Shown: piece by piece, positions 51,101 to 61,300 of the stretch
Position numbering within the stretch: position 1 is the first letter of the stretch
Layout: the number at the start of each line of letters is the position of its first letter
Assembly (NCBI RefSeq): GCF_032191835.1
Contig: NC_083240.1
Span: 33,728,001-33,792,000 of the forward strand
Length of the DNA stretch: 64,000 nucleotides
Origin: Heteronotia binoei
Lineage: Eukaryota
Direction: 5' to 3'
Notes under the pieces: generated by a model
Databases searched by the model: none
Seen by the model: only the letters and a program-made list of their open reading frames with translations
What the model was told of the DNA's origin: nothing
Made by a program: the position numbers and the translations under genes

Positions 51101-51443
51101 CAGGGGTCCTCAAACTTTTTAAATAGGGGGCCAGTTCACTGTCCCTCAGACTGTTGGAGGGCCGGACTGCCGTTACTGTACAAGGCCGCGGGCCGTCACT
51201 TCTCCGTCTTCTGCATCTCTCTCCCTTCCCCACACCACACACCCCGGCCTGGGAACTCACCTCACCTCGGTATCACCTCACACTCTGTCTCCGCCGCCTC
51301 AGCCCAGTGCCGGAAGTGTGCGTTGCTAACGCGAGTTTAGGTCGAACGTCACTTCCGGTCTGATTTTGCCATAACCCGGCGGGCCGCATAAACGTCCTCA
51401 GCGGGCCGCATCTGGCCCGTGGGCCGTAGTTTGAGGACCCCTG
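51101..51443. mobile_element. Non-autonomous hAT (Charlie-group, OC1-like) element
   Basis: Perfect 16-bp TIR CAGGGGTCCTCAAACT and perfect 8-bp TSD TCCTAGAG; many CpGs retained. Confidence 0.88.
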
Positions 51444-52005
51444 TCCTAGAGTGTCACCTTTACATATCGATGTCATGTCCAGTTTTTTGACTCAGGTCAC
51501 ATGGTGCCAGCCTGTGAAGAGCAGATGGAATGGGGGTAATCCTCTGTAGCTGGAGACCTGGCACCCCAGGTCGGAGGGGTGGGAGGGAAGTGGATACAGT
51601 AGGTATAAGTTTCTTTTTAAATTGTTTCTGTTGTTAAATGAAAAATGAAGAAGTTTTTTTACAACATGCAGGCTACATCCTGAGAAGAAAACAGCATGTT
51701 CTTTGTAAAGTGCTGAAAGAATAGCAGTCTTGATAGTGCTGTTTCATCTGAAACTCTCACATACTGTGCCAGTCTGCAGGCATCACTGAAGTGCCATATT
51801 GGCTCAGTCTTTTCTACTTATGCTTGTTTGTCTTTGAACAGCTTATGCTCCCGACAGTTTATGGAGCTTTTGTTCCCATCTGTCTTCCCAAAGGTGATTG
51901 ACTGAATAGAACCCAAGAGCCTGCATATTGTTTGCATTTCCAGTTCATGGGCTTTAAAAAGCGAGTAGGTGTCAATAATCAAAACTAATTTTTTTGTCTT
52001 TGCAG

Positions 52006-52094
52006 GAAAGTGATTATCTTGATGGATTTAGATGTTGTGAAAACTGCTGACGCAGTGGGCGGTAAAATCGGCAATCCTGTGCAATATGCTGAAG
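52006..52094 (+). CDS. RPA1: RPA1 exon 5 ([30 protein letters not shown]); gene continues beyond
   Basis: 89 nt; KIGNPV.Y motif; donor GTAAG. No later exon was recognised in the window. Confidence 0.95.
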
Positions 52095-55000
52095 GTAAGA
52101 AGTTTGCCTCAGGTGGTTTGTGACGCTTATTCCAGAGACTTAGCTGCTACGTTGGCTTTTGAATAACGAGTCTTCCTGTTTTTATGCAAAATAAGGGTTT
52201 AATGCTTTTCAGCATCCCTCTTTGGTGTGGGGTCACTTATCAGATTTATACTCTTTCCATCTCGGTTGGTATATATTTTTGGTATATATTGGTATATATT
52301 TTTCTTTGAAATGGAGGAAGGCAAAATCTGATTGAAGTGCCCAGTGTATCCTAATTATTATTATTGATAATACAGAATGAGGCATGATTGGGAATTTCAA
52401 CATTGCAATTAATGCTTTTCAGGCAACTCTCAGAACTGTGTGCAAGAGTACAATGTACTTTATTTGTAATTTGTGGGATGTGGGTATAAAGCCACAGGTA
52501 GTCCAGATTTAAAAAAAATTAAGGTATGAACAGCTGATTGGCTATGCAGGTCAGATCAAAAGCAAAGTTAAAATTCTTGTGTATATATGTATCTCCTTTC
52601 ATGTGATGGAAGATATATTGTCATAGCCAATTTGATTCTGAGCCAATGTGTAATGCAAATGAGACTGTATCAGTAGTGGGAATGAAATTGGGGCATCCCA
52701 GTAAATTCTGAGGAAGGGAGCTAAATTCTGTTGATGAGATGAATATGTGCTCATGCCCTCAGCATATCATGTGTGCAAATGAGTGTGCCAGCAGTTTTCA
52801 GCAGTTTATTCTGTGTGTTTTTATTGACACAACGTATGAGAAGTAATATGTGAAATTCCTGGAAGTTTTGAAACCATTTCCGAGGGGAATGGAAATTGGG
52901 GTGGGTGGGAATTAAATATATGCAATATTTACTTTCCTATCCAACCTAAATGTATTTGATGTAGCATATGCAGTTGTTCTGTTGGGCGTATGTATGGCGT
53001 TGAAAAGCATATATATGTTCATTCACTGCAAGACAAATTGCAAGTATATTCAATACTTCAGAAACAGTTGCAAAATGCTGCACCTTATGCTACTGTACCA
53101 CATATATCTTTAATGTTTACTGTCTTAGAGGTAAGGAATATACAAATTGAAGATAGAAAATAAATTCTGTAGTAAACAAAAGTGTATTGTTTAGACTGAG
53201 ACTGTCATTAGAGTCACAGCAGGTAGAACTTCTAACATGTTTGGGTATTACACTACACTTCATACTATTGAAAAAATGAAATCTTTAATAATGTATTATC
53301 ATTAAATGTTTATAGCAGGGGTGGCAAACGGTAGCTCTCCAGATGTTTTTTGCATGACCAATGGCTGGGGCTGATGGGAGTTGTAGGCAGAAAACATCTG
53401 GAGAGCTACCGTTGGCCATTCCTGGTTTATGGCATTTCTGGGGGGGGGGGGGTTGTGTGTGTTTGTGACTTAATAAGGCCTGCCCCCATCACCCGACTGC
53501 TGGTATTCCTTGGAGGTCTCCCATTCTAGTACTTGTCAGAGTCTACTCTGCTTAGCTTCCAAGATCTGACATTGGGCTTGCCTGGGCTATCCAGGTCAGG
53601 GCTCAGGAGTAAATAAAATGTTTTGCAAGACAAGGGTTTTCTTTGTCAAAAAGAAAACATTTTGTAGTTTCTTTTCAGTGTTTCCAGTGCTTTGTTAAAT
53701 TTTCCAATTCCCACCCCAGCCCCGCCCCCAGCCCTTAACTTCTCTAGCAGGATTTACATGTTGTAATCTTCAATTTTTACAAGCACTGTTCTGTTGCAGG
53801 GCAGACAATTTCCACATAAAGCTTTGCAACTGTAGTTTAAACGTTATATTCAAACGCTCGATTGCTTTGATTTTTTTCACCCTTGGTCAAATATTTTGGA
53901 TTCAAGTGCCTGCCCATTCTTTCCTTCTCCTAGTTGTTCATCCCCATCACTTGTACTTTTCTCCCTCTCCCTCAGTCCCTGCTGTGTCTCCTCTCTCCTG
54001 GCTTCTCACTGTTCCTGCTCCCCCCCCCCCCGCTCCCCCAGGGAGCTTCCTTCTGTTTGCTGCACTACTTGTCAAGTGTCATTTTATGTTTCTCTGCCAT
54101 TTGAAGTTCTTTATTTTTTTCTGCGTTGCATGGATGTTGCTATTGCTATTTTTGTAGCCTGCTTATAAAAATGTTTCATATTTTTCTGCAAACCTAAGCC
54201 TTCTGTTGGATTTGCAGCAATTTATACGCTAGCCTCAGGTGGTCCTGTTTTGTTTCTTCTATGGTGTGTGAGGGAAAACATGGCTGTTAGCTATATAGAT
54301 TACACTGATATTCTAGCCCAAAGGAATTTTAACTGTGTGATTAAGACTCATGAGGTTGTTGTGTGTTTTAAGTCAGGAGGGATGCCATCTTTTCTCTCGG
54401 GGTTTGCTTTTGGGAAGGGAGAAAGTTAACTCCTCAGCTGAGGGCAGTTGCTTCATTGAAATAGCTTTCCCATGTACTGTTAGACACTTTGGGAACTACC
54501 AAGTTGTTAGAACTGAACTATGCTGTAATTTAACACATTCATTTTCATTCCATTAGTTCTCTTGAAATCTTTTTACTTGTGTTTGTATGTATGCCTGGAA
54601 GTCATGGACATTCAGAGACGTGGCTTCTATTTCATAAGAACGTAAGAGAAGCCATGTTGGATCAGGCCAACGGCCCATCCAGTCCAACACTCTGTATCAC
54701 ACATTGGCCAGTAATTTATTTTTATACACACACACACACAGTGGCTAATAGCCACTGATGGACCTCTGCCTCTGCATCCAGGCCCTGGTATTCCTTGGAG
54801 GTTTCCCATTCAAGTACTTGCCGGGGTTGGCCCTGCTTAGCTTCTGATGAAATCAGGCTTGCCTGGACTATCCAGGGCAGGGCAGGATCTCTTGAAATAT
54901 TAATCAGTTTCTTATAGTCTGTGCATATGTAGAAATGGTACAAAGACATCTTCAGAACTAGTGTACCTTATTTCTTCAGCGACTTACTTTATCTGATTCT

Positions 55001-56959
55001 TTGTATGTTCGCAATCTTGATAGAACTAAAATGCAATTCAGAATACAAACTATCAATGGAGAGGGTTGTCCTTGTGATGCTTAAGCCTCCCAAGTGTTCT
55101 GTAGACAAGGCTGTGCAATTCCTTGTATGATTTCCTGTTGTGACTGGAAGTGTTTTCCCCAGCCCGTGCCCTGCCTATCTCACTCCATTCTCTCCTTCCT
55201 TAAGGCCTGCTTCCTTTTGTGATGGCAAAAAGCCATATTGATTTTTAAAATTTATTTATTTGCTTTATGTACAGTCTGCTTTTCTCACTAGAAAATTACT
55301 CTAGAAAAGTCATTTAGAAGCTTTAGTAGTCTCTTTGACTCTATATAGTGCAATTAATACTTAATTCACAGATCTTAATGGTAATTAGCCCCTTTTGTGG
55401 GATCTGACCTTTGATCAATGTGAGGGAACAGGCCTGCTTTGATGTGCACCCCTCCTTGGTGTTGCCAACTCATAGAGGGGGTTACTACTTCATCCTTCCA
55501 CTGCCACCACCACCTTCCCTTTTGGGGGAAGTTTCCTGCTAGGAGGGACAGGTCTCTTAGCTCCCTTTCCCAACCTGAGGCCCTGCTTCTATGTCCTACC
55601 TTACTCAGAGCTTGGCTACTATGGTGGGCAGTTACAACTTTGGGGCTCCGCTGGAGAAATAGTTGCATGCACACAGACTGCTTTCTTCCCACCCCAGGGG
55701 CCTCTCTTGCACTAGCATGTTCAAGACAGTGAGGGATCTAGGTGGTACAGAGACTGAGAACCAACCTCCAAAGTAAAAAAAAAGATTTATTGAAAAGAAA
55801 AGATTTACAAGCATCTTTAAGCACAGTACTAGATCAGCAAACAGATTTTGAAATCAAATTGGCCATAAGCACAATTCCCTTTCCTTGTTCTAGACATACT
55901 GTAACTGATGTTAAAACAGGTCAGGCACTCATAATCTTAAAAGTAAAAAGGTTCCTATCAACATCCAGAGATCTTACCTGGGAGACCGCATGGTCAGCAG
56001 ATGGCTGCCTGCTCACAGACCAGAGTACAGTGTCCTCCTCAGCCAAGCATCTCAAGGAAAAAGAGGGCTATTTCTTGCAAGGATGTTTTCTTAACCTTCT
56101 GTCTCAACCCACTTTGCATCACCCCCTTCACTCCCTTGAACCAGTCTGCCCAGATCACAGGTGCATCCTGGGAGCCCTCTTGGAAGTTATTCTGGAATAT
56201 CTCCAGGAATCACCTGGAGAATTCATAGCACTAAATTCCTTAGTTGGTTTTCCTACCAAGTCCATTAGCATATGTATAGATGTAATCTAGCAGGCAATTG
56301 AACTGGCTCCCTGCCACTTCCAGAGAGAAACCCTCTCCACACTTTTGAAACTCAGAGTGGGGAGGGGGAGGTTCTCAGCAACCAACAGTTTCTGATTCAG
56401 ACTTAGAATTTAAATGGGATCTAAATGAGGCATTCTCTTCTCAACACACTATGAGTTATTAATGTTTTATTAAGCTAAACCTTCTAACTTGCTATACTGT
56501 AAAGCATATAATCAAGGAGAAAAGATAACCTAACATCTATGACTGTCTAACATCCTCTTGTATACAAACATGAGCTCCAATGCCAAAATCTCTTACCTCG
56601 GTCTGTTTGTTCCAAGAGGATCTCTTTTAGATGTGTTCTAACAGATCTCTAAATAAGAGTCTGAAAGGGATTGCTTTTGTAGTGGTTTTTTAAACAAAAT
56701 CCAAAAAGTCATTTTGCTCAAAACCCAGACTTTTCTCTTGACTTTTTCTCTGACAGTTCCTTATGACATTATCAGGTACAAAAATTGCCTTGTGATCTAC
56801 TTGATCTCATATCCTGGGCTGGTCAGATCAATCAATTGATAGTTTATTATGATCCAAGATCAGAAGTTTGGTCCAATCTTGAAACAAGGATTTGGGCTCA
56901 TGGGCCTCACACTGAGCAGCAGTGAACAGGTGGGCAGGATCAGGCCAAGGAATATTTAA

Positions 56960-57390
56960 ACAAAACCAAAGCTTTATGTAAATCACTTATTGCATCGTAG
57001 GTTAACCTGTTTGTATTCCACGCTTACCCCAGTGTTGTCCAGACCTAGCCATGTGCACATGCAGGAGACCTCCATTGACAACTGGAATGAGAACTACTCT
57101 GGCTCATCTTGGCTGAGGACAATGCCAACTGTGCCCATGTTTCAACACAGGTGCTGCTTACTTCATAGGACCCCAGTTCTCAACAAACTCTGCCTACATG
57201 CATACATAACAGTAAAAAACAAATAGGGAAACCCTGGGCTAATAGACGCAGATCTGAAGGCCACTGTTCTACATACAAACTTCGAAGGGAATATACAACG
57301 TGAAAGTGCTGAGCTGGAACTCATCAAGAAATAAAGCACTTTCTGTTATCCTAGTTTAAGCAGAGAACTGGATTTCCTCACTGTATTTGT
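56960..57390 (+). mobile_element. Penelope-like element fragment (GIY-YIG endonuclease C-terminus)
   Basis: Translates as LKATVLHTNFEGNIQRESAELELIKK, followed by a GL.R..GF-like terminus. Confidence 0.65.
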
Positions 57391-58325
57391 AACAGCCCAA
57401 CAGTATCTACTTTTTAGAAATGTTAGTGGACTGTTCTTAACATGTTACATTATAAAATAATGTTTTACTTTTAGAACACTTCTTTAATTAGTTTATTGCT
57501 AACCTATATTGCACTTTAGTTTTAGCTTCACCCATGAGACACTTGAACTTCAGACATCTGTTCTTACACGTGAACTGTCCAAGTCTCTTACATAGAGAAC
57601 CACATGTGATTTATGAATCTTTTTTCTCGACTTCTCTGTTTCATCCTTCCCTATCTGTGATTTTCTGCATAAACATGAAGAAAATGTTGTTCATTCTTTG
57701 CATCTGAAAAAGTAGGATCTAACTCAAGAAAGCTCATGCTGGAATAAATGCTAGTCTTAGAGCTGCTGGACTTCTGTCCTGTTTTCCCAGTCACAGCCAG
57801 TGTTCTTTTTCTGGGATTTACAATAGCAGACAGAAGTTACTTCGTGAGAAGTTATTTCAGCTGTTATCAGAGTTGGTTTATGCTAGCTAAACAGATTTCT
57901 CAAGGACAGTAGGTCTGCATTAAGATACTGAGAAAGAGAAATGCCTCATCTGAGTTGTTGCAGAAAAATATAAACAGATTTAATGAGCCATTAGTAATTT
58001 GGGCTGACTTATACCAAGTAATGATACAAGAATGCATACATCTGGCACACCATGCATGATTTTCCATTAGATCTTATCATGGGCTCATTTTTCGTATGGC
58101 AGCAGGAGATGAACATGGTAATCTAGGGCTTCATATCATTAGTGAACCAAAAGAGCTTGACCAAGAAGGTTAAGGAGCAATGAGGAAGGGCAGAAAAACG
58201 TTTGATACTTTTCAGTTTAGAAAAAAACAACAACTAAAGGAGGACATGCTGAATATTTATACCATTAGGAATGGGGCAGAGAGAGTTATCCTGGTTTAAG
58301 CAGAGAACTGGATTTCCACACTGTA

Positions 58326-61300
58326 TTTTTTTTTTTTTAATGTCCAAAAACTTTTTTATTGAATTTAGTAAACATACAAATAAAGCAATCAATGACTGTA
58401 TCTGCAATCATTCTTTGTGTATAAGCATAGCATACCAGCAGAAAACAGAATATATATATATACACAAAATACAAACAAAACAACACATACATACATTCAC
58501 ACATACATACATACTTGGCAGCTGAATTAAAAAATAAGTACTCTGTCCATATGTTAATTACATCAAATTAATAATGTCATAATATCTACCAGGAATACAT
58601 GTACGCATCTGATCTACAGGACTAAAAGAAAATTTAAGAAATGGAAGCCACTTGTACATCAGAGAATCGTTACCTTCTGAATTATTTATATTGCATAAAC
58701 TATCTGCTATCTTGTCCATAGCATAGACCTCCCAGATTTTAGCATACCAGGCTTTAACTGGAGGAATATTGGGAGATTTCCAAAATTGGGCTAACACCAT
58801 TTTAGCAGAAGCTAGTAAAAGGGATATCAGGGATTTATTGAGAGAAGTAATAGAAATACCTTTCCAACAGTCAAGCAAAATGAGTTCCAATCTTAAAGGT
58901 AAACTATAGCCCGTGATATCCTTGATTTTTGCCACAATTACTGCCCAAAACGACTGCACCCTCGGGCAAGACCACCAGCAGTGTATAAATGTGCCCACCT
59001 CTCCACAATTTTTCCAACATTTGGAGGATTGATTTATCGCCATATGGCTTAATCTCTGAGGTGTTAAATACCACCGGAACAAAATTTTTTGAGTTTGTAA
59101 TTGTATATTCAATGATTTTGAAACAAACGAAGGAGATGACCAGATTTGTTGCCAAACATCCTCCTGAAAATTAATTGAACTATTCCTTTGCCAAATTTCT
59201 TGATAGGATAACAAATCAACAGCATCAATGTCTAGCAAACCCTTATAGATAAATGAAATCAGTCCCTTCCGCTTTAAAAAAGGAGATTGTAGCAAGGATT
59301 CAAAGAAAGTAAGAGGTCGATTGAAATTGTATTTCTTTGAGAGTGATGTCACCAAGTTGTTAATTTGCAAGTATTCAAACCATGGGATTTTTGTCCCACC
59401 AGTTTTCTCTTCTAAAGATTTTTTGTCGAGCACTTTTCCATTGGACAAAATATCCACAAACCTATAAAGATTATATTTTTTCCAAATTGGAAAAGACTTG
59501 TAAAAAAACCCTGGTTGAAACCAAGAAACATCCATAAAATGAGATAGTGGAGACATAGGAGGGGCTAAAAAGAGGCGGCGTTTGTCCCAAATCTGAAAAA
59601 TGGCTTTAAGGAAAAGGTTGGAGGAGATATTAGGAGGTCTCTTCTTTGGAAATTCCCATAATGTAGATTGAAACGATTTGTTATTTAGATAGGTATCTTC
59701 TAGGACCTTCCAGCCTGAATTTAAATCAGCATCATGGTATCTGACAAGGCCTCCTAAAATGGCAGCTTCATAAAATTTATGCAGATCCGGAAGAGCCAGA
59801 CCACCTGAGGATTTAGAACGAATAAGAGTTGCATACCCTATTCTAGATAAGCCCTTGTTCCAAATGTATCTTAAGAACGAACGACGCCAACCCACAAATA
59901 AGTCCTCAGGAATAAGAATAGGAATGGCTCGAAATAAAAACAGAAATTTGGGAAAAATAAAAGATTTAATAATCTGAATTTTTTCATTCCAGGGAATGAG
60001 TGAAGAATTTTTATTCTTTTGCATAGTAAGAATGTCCTTAATCAATAAATGATGATTGACTTTAAAAATATCTCCCAATTTTAAAGGTATATTGATCCCC
60101 AAATATGTCCAATATCTATCCATTTTTTTGAAGTGATAATTTGAGTAGATGGAATCTTGGAGAGCATCTGAAATTGTGATGGGATAAAGAATGGTTTTAG
60201 ATGGGTTTACTCGAAGACCCGATATAGAAGAAAATACAGATAATAAATCAAAGACAGCTGGTAAAGAAGTCTTAGGTTTTGTAACAAAAAGCACTAGGTC
60301 ATCTGCAAACAAAGACACCTTAATTTGTTTCTTTCTAATAGGGATACCAGCAATAATATTGGTATTACGGATAGCATTAGCAAGAGGTTCAATTGCGATT
60401 GCAAAAAGCAGAGGAGACAAGGGGCAACCTTGCCTCGTCCCTCTGAAAAGATTAAATTCTTCAGAATCCAAATTATTAATAGAAAGAATAGCAGAAGGCG
60501 ACTTATATAAAGAATGGATTATCTTCAGAAAATTCGGGCCAAAATTCATTTTCTGCAGTAAGGTTGTAAGATAAGGAACTTCAACGGAATCAAAGGCTTT
60601 TTCAAAATCAATAGACAAGATAAAGGAAGACTCAATATTAAATTTCCGGCAGTATTGAATAACATCAAGGACCATTCTAGTATTGTCCGTTAACTCATGG
60701 TGTGGGATAAAGCCCGATTGGTCAGGATGAATGTAGTTCCCTATAAAAGTATTAAGCCTAGCCACCAGGGCTGCTGTAAAAATCTTGTAATCGCAATTAA
60801 GGAGCGATATCGGCCTGTATGAACTAGGGTCTAGCAAGTCTTTGTCTTTCTTTGGAAGAAGAATGATTTTTGCCTGTGACCAAGTAACTGGAAAAGAACC
60901 AGACTGTACAAACTGATTACAGGCGTCCGCCAAGATGGGAGCCAACAAAGTATTAAAAAATTTATAAAATTCTGGTATAAAGCCATCTCGGCCTGGAGAT
61001 TTATTGGATTTCATAGACTTGATAGTCTCCTGTATTTCAAGTGCAGTAAAAGGTTTGTCCAAAAGGGATTTAACCTCAGGAGAAACAGGCTTAATAACTG
61101 AGTGAGTGTCTAAAAAAGATGAAATAAGGTCTGATGCTGGATGCTGGGAGGAATATAGAGATGAATAGTATTTTTTAAAAACTCCTACAATATCCTTAGT
61201 GGAATGTTTCAAGGTACCGGATTTAGAACGAATGGAAGAAATAGCCATTGAGGATATTCTCTTTTTAACCTTCCATGATAGGAGTTTAAGGGATTGAGGA

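Noticed and set aside
53740-53830. Candidate RPA1 exon 6 after CTGTTGCAG
   Set aside because: The translation does not resemble the Pro/Gln/Ala-rich RPA1 linker and there is no good donor; exon 6 probably lies beyond the window.
55742-56290. 182-aa ORF starting at GTG
   Set aside because: No recognisable domain; lies in a probable repeat.
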